A stretch of DNA of 64,000 nucleotides. Source: Selaginella moellendorffii (Eukaryota > Plantae > Lycopodiophyta). Where the stretch lies: contig NW_003314315.1 in the NCBI RefSeq assembly GCF_000143415.4, positions 1,177,514 through 1,241,513 on the forward strand, read 5' to 3'. Positions 20,406-33,983 of the stretch are shown here, piece by piece. The stretch's first letter is position 1. Every line of letters begins with the position of its first letter. A program made the translations under genes and the position numbers. The notes under the pieces are model-generated. The model made no database searches and had not been told where the DNA came from. It saw only the letters and a program-made list of their open reading frames with translations.

Positions 20406-22535
20406 CTACTCATCTTCTTCAACATCTTCGGCAAGTCCCTCGACATCTCCGGCATCTTCCTCAACAATCACATCTTCATTTGGAAGATCTTCTTCGGCTA
20501 AATCTTCTATACCAAGAGATTCAAGCCTAGCTTGCATCTCTACAATCCTCATCCATTGTGGTTTGATTGCAATTGTGTCGAGATCGATCTCTAGGAACTT
20601 CATTCCTTCACTTTCAATACGATCCACCACTCTAGTGTTACTGTGTACATAAACCAACTTCTTCAAGTTCTCTGGAAGCAAGCGATTGCGTCGTTTGGTT
20701 TGGATCAAGTTCCAGCTACTCCAATTTCACTCACATGGAGAAGAGCACACTCCTTGGCTCAACACACGAAGTGCTAACTTCCTGAGCTTAGGCATCTCAT
20801 ATCCATAGGATTCCCACCAAGACACTGGGAATTTCCTTTTTGCTTTGCTCTTCGGCAAATCTCGATTGATAGCTCTTCCAATTCCTCGTCGAAACATATT
20901 GAATTGCTCATCTAACTTCTCTTCCAACTGAGTGTCCCCACAGCAATAGAGTGATAAATAATCCATCCAATCACTTCTTACCTCAGCATCCAAGTCTTGC
21001 TCAAGGTATGAAGGATTCAAAGCATGTGCAGCACTGTGCATAAAGCTATGCATCATAAACCATCGAGCTCTCCATCTATGTTGGTCTTCAACCAAGACAC
21101 ACTTAATTGCATCAATTTTATATGCATCAAGCTTGCCATCTTGAGTTGCAAGCTCCAATCCTTCAATCATACGATACATTGCTTCATAAATTAATCTTGT
21201 TGTTGCGCCCTCACGATCGGCAAGACGTAACACCTTCAAAATAGGAGCTACCATAACCAATAAAGTAGAAACATTCTTCCAAAATTCATCATTGAAAATT
21301 GTTGTACGAACATCTTTGGCATCCTTTGTGTTATACCACTTCGACGATTCAAATTCTGCACTCACTATGAATCGTCAAAGGCACGGGAAAACATCTTCAT
21401 GCTGGAGCTGGCTGACCATAAGAAAGATGTAAGCGAATCGAGTCTTCGCAGGCTTCATGAGTTCTCTAGAGCAGAACTTTCGAAATAAAGCAAGTAACAT
21501 CGGCTTCTCAGTTATGAACTTCACGATCTTCTCACAGTCATTTACGATCTTAGACACCCAATCAAACTTCCCAATATCCTCCAATAATAAGTCCAAAACA
21601 TGGCACACGCATTGATTGTGTAAGATAAAGGGGAATTCTTCTCTCATATGTTCCCCCATCGATACACAATTCGAAGCATTATCAATGATGACTTGAACAA
21701 CATTTTCAACCAAAATGATGGGTCTAAGTTGCTCCCAAAGCCAAAGACCAGTCTTCTCTTCTCCTTTGGTGTCAATACCCTGCCAAAATATTGAGCCATG
21801 GATAGAGGTAACCATGAAATTTATGAATGATCTACTCTTTATATCAGACCATCCATCAGTCACTATTGTACATCCAAACCGAGCCCATCCATCACGAAAG
21901 AGAGCTAACTTCTCCTTGATTAAAGTATAGTGACGAGTGAGCTGAGTAGTACGAAGCTTCTTGTAACCAAGAATCCTCAATGCAGCACTAGGTCCAGCAC
22001 TACAAGCGGCTGCGATCATCGCATGAAAATATAGGCTTTTCACAACATTAAATGGTATAGCATTCAAGAAAATGAACTTTGATATCGCATCATCTAAGTT
22101 CATGTTTCTTGCATCATCAAGCATTTCCTCAATATTGCCATCTCGCATTCGCTTTCGACCAACAGATGATCCCTCATGGCCTATAGAAGCACTCATAGGC
22201 TGAGATTGACTAGCACTTTGTGTACCAGCTCTAGAAGCAAATGCCCCATCAAAATGCCTACTCTATAGATTTGCTGTAGAAGGTAAAGACAAAGGGGCAT
22301 TTGCAATTTGCTCCACAAACATTCGGTGAGCTTGGTTCTGAATATGAAGAGGAACGTTTGAAGCACTACATGCTTCAATATCATGCCCAGAAACTTTAGC
22401 AAGATGCGCCTTGATGCGTTTCGGCGGACCGCCATACATTTTACCACAATAATTACATTTCCAACGCCCAGCTCCTTTGCTGGAAGCATAAGGAGTGAGC
22501 TTGGTAACATGGGACCATGCCCAATCGGGCGCCAT
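20406..22535 (-). pseudogene. hAT transposase (BED zinc finger, DUF659-like region, dimerisation domain), disrupted
   Basis: WKCNYC...HLA...H...C; GCTIVTDGWSD; CVCHVLDLLLEDIGK; WWESYG...LALRVLSQ..SSPCE; KRRNRL...KLVYVHSN; split over four ORFs by stops and frameshifts. Confidence 0.92.
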
Positions 22536-22879
22536 CGCTCAATTGTGCCAGAATCGCTATGAATCTCTACAATCAAATCTCTAGAATCACTGAATTTCCA
22601 TTTTAGGGCAAAAACTTCAAGTGTCGCGGACTGGGCGATTTGATTTGTGAGGCCTCAGTGCTGCTCCACGCTCAATCGAAAGCAGAGGCAGGTACGCACG
22701 CAGCTCCTATGCCCTCCCCTCCTCGCCGCAGCAGCATCAGAAATCTAGCGCGAAGCGCGATCACTATTTTTTTTTTCCCCGACATTTTTTTTTTTCCCGA
22801 ACGGAATCACGAACGGACCTGTCCGAACGCGGTCGGCGGCAGTCGGGGTGTAGGCCGACCGCGGTCGGGACCAACAATG

Positions 22880-23500
22880 GTGGCAGCAGACCGATAGAAC
22901 TGAAGAGAATGTCACAGCATCCGGCTTGGCGAACTCTTGCATTCTCTGAAACAGATCAAACATTGCATCACTGTCCCCTTGATGGCTGTATCCTGCGATC
23001 AGTGCTCTCCAAGACACTGCGTCCTTGTCTCGAAACCCATCAAACACTCAGCGATGCCATAGAAACTTATGAGGGAGTTTGCCACCGCTGGAGAGTTCTC
23101 TGCCCAGCTTCTTCCATCAGACCAGCCTGTAGTTCTCCAAGACCTCCACAAGCCTTAAGTACCGCAGCAAAAGTCTGCAAGTTGGGGTTCAATCCTTGGA
23201 GTATCATCCTTAAAAATCTCCTGCAGGGCAAGCTCATGGTTGCCACTCTCGGTGTATGCTTCGATCATGGTGTTCCACGAACGACGTCTTTGATCACCAT
23301 CTTGTCAAAAACCCGAGCCGCATCATTCAAACTTCCACACAGAAAGTAGAGACTGATCAAGTTGTTTGCAGTGTAAGCATCTTCCAGCCCGTCGAGAAAG
23401 TCAATGCCTTTTCCAGCGATGCCACTCTCAAGGACTTTCCATCCACAAGCCGAGCCTCTTCCTTCTCGGCCATATCCAGCTACATGTGGTGCGGCCAGCC
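22880..23500 (-). pseudogene. PPR pseudogene split by the hAT; resumes at ~20150-20187
   Basis: FDGFRDKDAVSWRALIAGYSHQG...PDAVTFSSVLSVCCH on one side of the hAT and HTGLVDKG on the other. Confidence 0.8.
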
Positions 23501-24101
23501 GGATCTCGCGCTGATTTTAGGGTTCTTGAGGTTTAGAGATGAAGAACAAATATCTGGCGGTGGAAGAGCGGCGCTGTGGAAAATGTTCAAAGCATAGAGA
23601 ACTTATACAACTCATGACCATTTTTCTGTTCGTTTTCTTTCTTTACAGGATAGAAAAAGACTAAGAAGGAGGATAATCAAAATGCAAAACTGTGCTTGAT
23701 CTATGCAAACTCACTGGATGCGAGATTTGATCAGGGCTCCCAAAACTTGGCCAGGTCTTTGGTATAGACAGTCCGGTCCTGGATCTGCCAATCTACGATC
23801 CTTGCCTGGGTACATTTACAGATGAGCAGAGCGAGAAACAAATCCTCCCTGCTTCATTTATAGAAACAGCAGTGAGCGACAAAATCTCGAACAAAACTTT
23901 CCTGTCAATTTTCCTTGGTTGAGTGAGGTTTTTTTGTAGAGGTGGATTTGTAGAAGTTTAGGTCTTTAGCAAAGTCAATCAATTCTACATTTAAGGCCAT
24001 AATTAATTTTAAGATATTCCAATTATAGGATAATGTCATCTTTATGTTGTTGAAACCTTCTAGAGGTGCAAAGAGATTAACTACACTAACAATTTGTTAG
24101 T

Positions 24102-25541
24102 TGTAAGTGATTAATTTTTTTCATTATACTTTAATCATTTAACTACACTTTAGATTAGTTGAAGTCTTACTTATAACCTTCATGAGTCTTATTCCTAACT
24201 TGAGGACTTGATAGCCTTATAGATGACATTTATACTATTTTATTTTTGCACTTGGTCCAAGTGCTTTATGTATTTGATCCTAACACAAACACCCAAAGGT
24301 ATTACTAACATATCAACCTGTTATGCTAAGGCATGTCCATTCACTTTTGTTTTATTAATAATCTAAGACTATCCATACCATAAACCCATTTCCCATATCC
24401 ACACTTTAGCACCTTTAGAATGATATAAAGAATACCCAATATCCCTTCTTTAATCCCCACTAAATCCCACTCCATTCACAGTAGAGTTTGCTTATACTGC
24501 CACTGAGTCAAAGCTTAAAGGTGTGACCATTAAGTTCTATTGACCTCTAAGACTTCCTTACCACATGATTATTCCTTTGGTCACTACACAAGAAGATTGT
24601 TTTTTTTCCTTTTCATAATTTGAAACCTTATGACAACATTTCAAAACACCATGACCCTATATGAGCGTTGTGAGTGCTCTCCCCACCCTCCGCCCTTAAA
24701 TGCGTTAGCCATGTGGCTAAAGTGAGGTTTTGATGAGCCACACTAAATATCCAAACAAGTAATGCTATCCATACTTGAATTGGGAGCATTAACCATTTGA
24801 TCTCTTAGGGCAGCTAGAGCTAGCTCTTAAGTTACCCCATTTGTTTGTTTATGTTCATTTTAGCCTTGAACTCTTTATTGGTTATATTATCACCTACTAT
24901 ATGGATATAACCTTCCTTGCTCACATTGTTTTTCCTAGCCAAATTGGTTCCACTAGAGTCCTCCCTTTATTATCCTTTTGGAGCTCACCAAACCCTTCAA
25001 GGTCTAAGAGATGATTACTTTGGGCTTTTACTCTCGGACTTAGACTTGGACTTAGTCGTGGTCTTGGTTTTGGTCTCAGTCTCGGTCTCGGTCTCGGTCT
25101 CGGTCTCAGTCTTGGTCTGAGTCTCAGTCCCAGTTTCAATCTTAGTCTTGGTCTCGGTCCTAGTCTTGGACTCTATAATGGACTCTATCTCGGACTCTTT
25201 AGACTGTATCTTGGATTCCTGCTTGAACTTCATTTTAAACTTCTTCTCAAACTCTATTTCGGACTTCATCTTGGACTTCATATTAGACTCGGTCCCATCA
25301 CTTCCATATGTCAAGACACTTGCCATTTGTTAGTTCTTCTTGTATCCTTTTTTAGAGATTCATTCACTAATTGTTTCTTGCTTATTCCTCGAGCACTTTA
25401 TTCAAAATTTCACTCACACTTTTGACTTTCCAAATTAGAGTTTTTAATCCAAACATATTATATTTATTGAACTTCCGCTTCGACCACTGCCATGTGGCAC
25501 ACTTTAACTCCACTTTGGGGCTTAGGGATTTGTGTCTCACA
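24102..25541. mobile_element. Older solo LTR of the same family as 12538-14375, opposite orientation
   Basis: TGTAAG...GTCTCACA termini, perfect TSD TTAGT/TTAGT, shorter decayed minisatellite at ~25030-25290, many C-to-T/G-to-A changes. Confidence 0.85.
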
Positions 25542-25899
25542 TTAGTATAGAATGTAATTATCTTAGCATAAGCCTTAAGCATATTAGGCAACATTTTATG
25601 GCTAAAGATGTAAGTTAAAGTCATTGGTGTTGGTGTTAGCTTCATATATTGCATTTGAAAACAGTTCAAAAAATATAAAATATAATAAGTTGATGACAGC
25701 TCCATGACTAAGGCAATACTTGATTGGTCTAATATTGACCATATTAAACCTTGAGGACGATTGCTCTTGAACAACAATTGAAATGATTATATTATCCACA
25801 ATGATGATTATGAGCACTCCTAATTTTCATCTAGTTCTTTTATTGAGAGTTGTAGAAAATGATCTCGTTGTACTTCATGGTGGGCACACATCATGACAT

Positions 25900-28220
25900 C
25901 ACATTTGCTATGGGAATTGTCTCTTTGTTCATGGAGAATCCATAGTCACCATAAAAAGAATAATTTAATATCTTAAAAGTACAGTCAATTATTATGTTGT
26001 ATATGAGGAAGTTTTAGAAGCAAGATTTGACTTGACTGAATATGTTAATGTTAACTTTGTTAGACAGCCAAACTTCTACAAATCAACCATAGGTTATCGC
26101 TATAATAGTGATTACATGTTACATTAAGAGGAGCATATTAAGCCCTTTCTAGTGCTAAGACAAAGTATGTGGCATTAATAATGGTGACGCATGAAGCTAT
26201 TTGGCTATGTTAAAATCTTTATATTACTCTTTTACAACAATTAGAGTGTTATTATGATATCATAGAAGGATGAAGTTTATTCAAACCAATGAGAACATGT
26301 TTGTGAGAGAACTCTTAAAGTTTATTTCCTTCTAAATCACAATTAAACATTAAATATTTTCATCAAAGCTTTAGTAGAAGCAACATTCACTAATCAATAC
26401 CACAATCTAAGAGTTGCTTCTGTTGACTACATCTCAAAAGGGATGTTATATTATAGAAGAGTCCACCACCTCTAATTAGCTTTAGTTCTTCATTCTTAAT
26501 TAGCTCTGGATAGCTATCAATTACTAGTTAGCTATATATCTAGAGTTAATTGGGAGTGAAGAATTGAAGTTCATTGGAGGCAATGGACTCTATAATGTTG
26601 CAAAACTCCCTCTCTGAAGCATCACTAATAAAAAGAAATTTTAGATTATATTTGGGAATGTTCTCTTTAGTAAAGGGATATTATTCATGATTTAGAAGGA
26701 AATAAACCTAAATCCCGTTGAGAATATGTTCTCAAATGAAATGAAACTGGTTTTAATATGCTCTATCTTGCCATGATATCTCACATCCTTCATGAGCGCA
26801 ATAACACTTGGTATATGCTTTGTGGGAATAAAGTTAATATACAAAAGATTTTATGTAGTAAAAGAGCCTCACATGTCATTGTTATTAATACCACATACTT
26901 TGCCTCAATACTAGAAAATGTTTCTTGGTCTACTATGTAATGCCATGTGGATGAAGGTGGAGTCTTCTCCAACCAACATTGTCTCAACAAAGTTTGTCTT
27001 CAAGATCAAGACAAATGGTGATGGCAATATCACATGGTACAAGGCTTGGCTTTAATCATATTAAGGCCATCAATTTCACTGAGATGTCCTCACCCATTGT
27101 CAGAATCTAATCAATTCATATGCTTCTAAAATATTTACGTTCACCTCCTTCTTGTCTGGGTATGGCCAACACCATACCTACAATCTGAATAAGGTGATTT
27201 ATTGCCTTAAAAAAGTGTCAAGAGAGGTATGAAAAGATGGACAACTTTATACTATTAATTGGCTTCACTAAAACTGATGCAAATCCAAGAGTCTACCTTC
27301 ATATAGAGTGCAACTGGATGCTACTCTTGATTGGGCTTTATGTCAATGACATACCCATCATCATGGAGAACACAGCCTGTTAAGGAGTAGTTGTCTTCAA
27401 GGTTTGATATAGTCAACATTCGACCAATCAACCATTGTCTCAGCATCCAAATTTGTTATTGTGATTTTGTCATGGAGCTATCTCAAATTCATTAAGATGC
27501 AAAATGTGAAGCCCATATCAAATCATGTTGCCTAGCACACCAAAGAACTATTCTAAGATAATTACTGTTCTGTATTGACAAGCTATTCGCAAGGTACTAT
27601 ACTTGATGTTTTGTACACATCCATACATAGTGCTTGCTATGGGCATTGTCTCCCAATCCAAGTTGGGAACACTTTAGTAGATATGTTGATACTGACTTTG
27701 TTGGAGATCCAGATTTCACAAATCCATTAATATATATATTTTGTTTTAAAATGGGTTTTGGAGTGATCACATTGTCTAGCAAGAAGCACCATGAAGCAAA
27801 GTGCATGGTATTGACAAAAACACTCTTTGGCTACCCAAAAATCTTGTCTACATGAACTTTATTCCTACAAAGTTTATATTAATTTTCTGTGACAATTAGA
27901 GTGCTATTACTCTCACCAAGGATGTAAGATGTCATCATGGAAGGATGAATTCAAATGCTATTTCAGTTTATCCAAGAACATATTTACAAGGGAACTTTCA
28001 AAGTTTATTCCCTTCCAGGTTGTGAATAAATGGCAGGTATCTTCACCAAGCCTTTCCTAGAGGCAACATTCATTGATTATCACCACACTCTAAGAGTTCT
28101 TCCTATCAATAGCACCTCTAAGGGGGAGTATTGGAGCATAATGGAGTCCACCACCTCCAATTAGCTCTAGTTATTCCCCATTAACTCATGAAGTAGCTAG
28201 TAGTTAGCTCTAGTATTTAG
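25900..28220. mobile_element. Ty1/copia remnants (RT/RNaseH, PPT, LTR start), three fragments in both orientations
   Basis: YVDTDFVGD, SS.EAKYV.L....EA.WL, CDN.SAI and IFTKP-like motifs with many stops; AAGGGGGAG PPT at ~28119 before an LTR-like end that also occurs at ~26450 and inverted at ~26590. Confidence 0.75.
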
Positions 28221-29111
28221 AGCATGTTTTTTTGACTAGATCCATATCTTGTTAGGGGTTTTTTTGCTCTGTTATTTCTCTTTTCTTCTTCAACCACAAC
28301 TTGTGTTATGGTAAACCTGCTTGGAAAACACTAGATAGATTGCTACAGAGATTTTCTTTATGATACGAAGTGTATGTAGCAACTAGTGCTGCCATTTTAA
28401 GAAGGATCTATAAAACTTGGGGAAGCCACCACAGTCTACATTTGTAATTGGCAACTGAATGAAAAACACAGCTCAGAAGGGCATTTGTTGTATACAAAAG
28501 ATTGGAGTGGGACATTTTGTGTACAATTCAAGAGAAACCATTGAGACTAGCTTTTTGGCATGTTCTCAGCACTAATCGCAGAATACATTGAGCACAGTGT
28601 CGCTACCCACTAAGGATTTCCAAAGAAGTGCACGCAACTTGATAGTATTCCCGCTGTGTTGTGCGCGAAAACTGTTACCAAAGTAAGCAAACGTAAGCAA
28701 GAATGGTTTGCAAATACATTGAGAATCCACAGCCCAAATAAAAACTCACATCGCCTGTCACCCTATCTAGGGAAGTCTTCTTTGCACAAGCCATGAATCT
28801 CTGAAAGTTTCTATTCGGGTTGGAACAGAACAGTATCTATCCATATCTAGGAACTCCTGCATCTTTCCATCACCCTAGCCATATCATCCACCAGACCAAA
28901 CGACTTAAAGCATTCTAGCCCGATAGTCATCATAAAATTCCAAGAGAGCTGTTAGTTTTCTTGCTAAATTCTCAGAGGAAAATGGCAGGAAGTTAGTCCT
29001 CAAGAGCCTTGTTAAGAAGTCCTGCTCGGAGCCAAGCCTCCATCTTCCACGACGTGAACAATGCTGCACAGCTTCCCCAGTAAAATGGATTAAAGACCCT
29101 GAGCGGCCGGT

Positions 29112-29138
29112 ACGAGGGTTCGAATCCCATTCTTGACA
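29112..29138 (+). pseudogene. tRNA 3'-half remnant (T-arm plus acceptor strand, Leu-like)
   Basis: GGGTTCGAATCCC stem-loop followed by ATTCTTGACA; no matching 5' acceptor strand or D-arm found upstream. Confidence 0.45.
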
Positions 29139-29186
29139 AATTCTTTACATTTTTGCTATTTTGCTAGGGTTTTGGAAAGAGCCGCC

Positions 29187-31554
29187 ATGGATGTGGATTT
29201 GGAGGCGGCAGTGGTGCGCCAAGGCGATCTTGTGCGGGCGCTCAAGGAGCAGAGTGCTCCCAAGCAGGAAATCGATGCGGCTGTGACGGTGCTCAAGGAT
29301 CTCAAGGTAAAGCTGGCCGCCAAGGAAGCAGCGAGCGCGCAGGTGAAGAATTTCCGCGAGACCGTCACCAATGTGCTCAAGAGGAGGCTCTTCTTCGTCA
29401 AGTCTTTCAAGATCTACGGTGGCGTCGCGGGATTGTTCGATTATGGCCCTCCAGGCTCGGCCGTCAAGGATAACGTCTTGAGCTTTTGGCACCAGGTAAA
29501 ATATCGAGCTTTAAAAAACCATGGATAATCTTCTTACGGTGTTCTTTCTCGCAGCATTTTGTAGTGTATGACGATCTCCTCAAAGTGGATTGCCCATGCT
29601 TGACACCCGAGGCTGTTCTCAAGGCCTCCGGGCACGTCGACCGATTTACGGACTTGATGGTCAAGGACGTGAAGCTGGGCGATTGCTACCGAGCCGACCA
29701 CGTCGTCAAGGATTTTGTCAAGGATGCTCTGGAGAAAGACCCACGCATGCCAGCGGCTCAGAAAGAAGACTATGCTCGAACTCTGGCGTCGCTGGATGAC
29801 TTTACTGCCGATGAACTTGGTGCAAAGATAAAGGAGTATGGCATCAAGGCTCCAGACAGCAAGAACGACTTGTCCGAGCCATTCCCGTTCAATCTCATGT
29901 TCGCAACGCCGATTGGTCCCGCGGGACTTCTTCAGGGGTACGCATGCATTCTTTCATTCTTTACGTGCTGTCACTCATCCCGCTCTCCTCAGGTACTTGA
30001 GACCGGAGACTGCTCAGGGAATGTTTGTCAATTTCAACGAGCTGCTGCTTTATAACGGTGGCAAACTACCTTTTGGTGCAGCTCAAGTCGGCCAGGCATT
30101 TCGAAACGAGGTAGAGATTTGCTTTTGCTCTCCTTTCTCTTTTGTGTTTAGAAGCTGAGTTTGGATGCTTCAGATTTCTCCACGACAAGGTTTGCTGAGG
30201 GTGCGCGAGTTTACGCTCGCGGAGATAGAGTTTTTTGTCGACCCGGTCGACAAATCTCACCCAAGGTTCGGCAGCGTTGCAGACCTTGAGTTTTTCCTCT
30301 TCCCAAGGTCGCAGCAAGTGAACATGAGTGCTCCCCTCAAAGTACGTCTCGGGGATGCAGTCGCACAGAAGATCATCGACAACGAGACGCTTGGCTACTA
30401 CATCGGACGGACATACCTGTTCCTCACTACTCTCGGCATCAACAAGGAGCGGCTGCGGTTTAGACAACATCTTGCCAACGAGATGGCGCATTATGCTGCA
30501 GATTGCTGGGATGCTGAGATCGAGTGCTCATACGGATGGATAGAATGTGTTGGCCTCGCTGATCGCTCTGCGTACGACTTGGAGGCACACTCGGTAAGCT
30601 AGATCGCTTGCATCCTTTCTGAGTTCTTTCCTTTCCTTTGCTCGTGCAGGCAGCCAGCAACACCAAACTTGTGGCTTCACGAAATTTACCCGAGCCCATC
30701 CTTGTAGAGGTACCTAGGATTGAGGAACAGCGTCGTTTCTCATGCCTTCTTGTTGTTTCAGGAATTTAGACCGGTTCCAAACAGGAAGCAGATTGGCATT
30801 TGTTTCAAGGCGGACCAGAAGTTGGTGTTAGAATCCCTGGAGGTAGAGTATTTTCTACATTTCGTGAACATATTTCTCAAAGCCTCTTTTGCAGAAACTT
30901 AGCAGTGAAGAGGTAGTAGAAATGGTGGCAAAGTTGGAATCCGCAGGCGAGGCACCGCTCCATTCCGACAGCACGGACAAGACGTTCACCATCAAGAAGG
31001 GCATGGTCGACAAGCAGGTGACCAAGAAGACGAAGGACAAGGAGAGCTTCACACCGTCAGTGATCGAGCCGTCGTTTGGCATCGGCCGCATCATCTACTG
31101 CCTGTTCGAGCACTGCTTCGACACCCGCGAGGGAGCGGACTCAGTGGAGCAGCTCAACTTCTTCCGCTTCCCCCCCGTGGTGGCTCCCGTCAAGTGCTCG
31201 GTCTTCTCCCTGGTGCAAAACGCGGGGCTGGACGAGCTAGCACAAAGCATCTCGGTGGAGCTTCGAAGAGCAGGACTGGCGGTCAAGACAGACATCACGG
31301 GCAGGTCCATTGGCAAGAGATATGCTCGGACGGACGAGATCGGTATCCCATTTGCGATCACTGTGGATTCCTCCGAGGGAGGGGTGACGGTGAGGGACCG
31401 GGACTCCAAGGAACAGATTAGAGTTCCGGTGGAACAGGTGACGCAGCTCCTCGCGGACCTGTCCGCCGGTAACAAGAAGTGGAAGGACGCTCGGTGTGCG
31501 TATCCTGCTCACACCTCCTCGGACAAGACCGACGAGGACAAGACCGATGAGTAG
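29187..31554 (+). CDS. GARS: Glycine--tRNA ligase (eukaryotic dimeric type, N-terminal WHEP domain), multi-exon
   Basis: QGDLVRALK...LKDLK WHEP; [15 protein letters not shown]; [11 protein letters not shown]; [20 protein letters not shown]; [13 protein letters not shown]; [11 protein letters not shown]; [13 protein letters not shown]. Confidence 0.97.
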
Positions 31555-31685
31555 AACTCCATATCCTTTCAACAAAGTTTCTCTACTACTTGTTCTTAAA
31601 GATCGCGACCACTGTCCCAAGGAACTCATAGCTCGCCGTGAGTGATCCAAACCAAGAACTCGTCAAACTATCAACTTTGCACACA

Positions 31686-33983
31686 CTAGCTTCGTAGCCG
31701 TGCGCGTTTGCGAATCCTCGGTTTCGTCTCTGTTAGTTCTTCGATTCGATTGTGATGCTTCTTGTCTTGATTTTGTGGCGGTGGTCTCGTCATCTCGCGG
31801 TCGAGCAAACTTGCGGCTTCTTCACCACTGGCTTCCAGGGAGGTTGTACAAGTAATCTCTTGTTTGCCGTTGCTACAAGGCGGTCTTGTCACCTCCTCCT
31901 CGAGGAAACCGGGCTCGGCTTTGCCTTGTTGCTCCACGCCACCGGTCACGCACGTTACTAGCGCATACTCGACTGCGGTGCCATACTCGGACGACTTTCT
32001 CACGTCCAACAGGACCACACGCCCGCACTGCACCTTTTCTCGTTGCAAGGCGGACAGATCGACTGGGCCTTGAGGCAGCTGTTTCTGTTTCTCGGCTTCA
32101 CCCTGCATTTCCTTGTCACGTCCAGAACTTCCAGAAAGCAAAAAAGAAAAGACGAGTACCTCGAAGCTGAGAGGATGCAAAATTTCGACCTCTTCGCACA
32201 TACACCCGTCGGACATGTGGAGCTTAAGCAGCACGTCGAGAGCCTTCAGTTCTACCGCCTTCCTGAGCGCACGCAGCATAAGAAACAGGCTCAAAGTTTT
32301 CATGCGGCGGATATGGATACCTTCGGACGACGTAAGGCCGCTCCTTGAGCAAAGCCGGCTTAAAGTCGGGCCTGTCAGGAAACTCTACCTGCAAATTACA
32401 CTGCTCATTCGTCACGCACAACCAACGGAAGACTTACCTCGACGTGTTTGATAAATTGCAAAGGTGCCTTGTTTCCGTGTGGACTTTCTATGCGCAGCGT
32501 CCACTTGACACAGTTATTCACTTCACAGGAAGAAACAGAAGGAACAAAGAGTTAGCATTGTTCAACAATGAACGCTTCTCTGCTTACACCATGAGTAGGA
32601 ACAACAGACTAGAAGGTGGTCAAGGCGTATAAAAGGAGGGATGTTCCTGTTTAGCAATCTCATGACACCAAGAATCACCTGTCATGCGAAAGTCGTGTAA
32701 GAAACTAGAAAGCTTCATGAGCACCTGATCGACTCGAGCATGGATAACTAGCGTTGCCTTCTTATCCTTTGGTGTCGCCTGCAATGCAAGTAACTCAGCA
32801 CTCACACAATGTTGTTAAAAGAAAAGGACCAGCCTGAAGGTTGACAATCACGAGCTTCCCTCCTGCTCGCACCGTTTTCAGAGGCAGATTGCACGCTGGA
32901 GTGATCTGCAAGCTGCCAGAAAGTTTGAGCAGCGTGTGAGGGGATGGAAACCAAAATAAAAAACTCACCTGGTTCCCAAGCAGACAATGAGGTCGGCCTC
33001 CTTGCAATGCTTCTCAGCTGCACGTAGTTCTTTAGGAGGTAATGCTCCCTGATCAAAGCCACAAGAGAAACGTTCACTAGACAGATAGTCTGCTGTACCT
33101 CCCAATCGACAATCGTATCTACAAGCCTTCCCACGCAGCCGGGAACAGAACATCGCCTTCCCGTGCGCTTGATGCCTATGGTTTCCATCTCGAAATCACG
33201 TAGATACCTGGTTAAAGAGTATGTAAGACTCTCAGAGGGAAGCAAAACTTTGGAAGAGGAAACAACACTCACTCTCGTCCACATGAAGGGCATGTTTCCA
33301 TGAAACTATTCCCATGCAGCTCCGAGAGCTTGTCTCTGGGAATGCCCGACCGCAGATGCAAACCATCAATGTTCTGCGTGAGACAAAGAAAAAAAAACAC
33401 AAGTTTTGCCATGCTTGAGACTTGGGAGAGAAAAAATGAAAGGAACCTGGCTGATGATAAACTTGAGAATCCCAGCACAAACAAGCTCCACCAGCGCCAT
33501 ATGAGTGGTTCCAGGTCTTGCCTGGTGGAACTGGACATCGGCCTTTGGTAACGGCTTGCCTTCATGCTGCAAAGCAAGATGAGAGTTGCTACTAGAAAAC
33601 CATAAGAAGAAAGAGGTAAAATCATTCACCTGGAGCGTCCAAATTCCTTTGGGGCCACGAAAGTCTGGAATGCCACACGATGTCGATATCCCAGCGCCTG
33701 TGAAAGCCACCAGATGCTTGCTCTAGGCAGAGAGAAGAATGAGGAGATCCATCAATCAATCGATTGCTATGATCGCGAACAAAAGGATCGGTCGTTACCT
33801 CTTGTATGAGTTGAGCAAGCTGCGCTATCTGGAGGAATCAACAGGGCAAACCCTAAGCAAAGGAGCGATCGAAGTGACACACACCTTGCGGTCGACGTCT
33901 TGCGCGGGGTCGAAGAGCTCTGGCATGCCCAGCTTGCCGACATCCGCCTTGAACGAGAGCTTCTCGGCATACCCGAGAGCCAT
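31686..33983 (-). CDS. SRT1: NAD-dependent deacetylase, class IV sirtuin (SIRT6/7-like), multi-exon; 3' exons approximate
   Basis: [19 protein letters not shown]; [24 protein letters not shown]; [12 protein letters not shown]...ELHGN; [12 protein letters not shown]; IVNLQ. Confidence 0.92.

Larger units (their letters stand above)
20188..22879 (-). mobile_element. hAT-superfamily DNA transposon (2.7 kb)
   Basis: 17-bp TIRs CATGGTTAGTCCCGACC / GGTCGGGACCAACAATG, perfect 8-bp TSD GTGGCAGC (20180-20187, 22880-22887), subterminal CCGA(C/A) motifs. Confidence 0.95.

Noticed and set aside
28300-29080. Possible decayed gene upstream of GlyRS
   Set aside because: No ORF of 60 aa or more and no recognisable motif.
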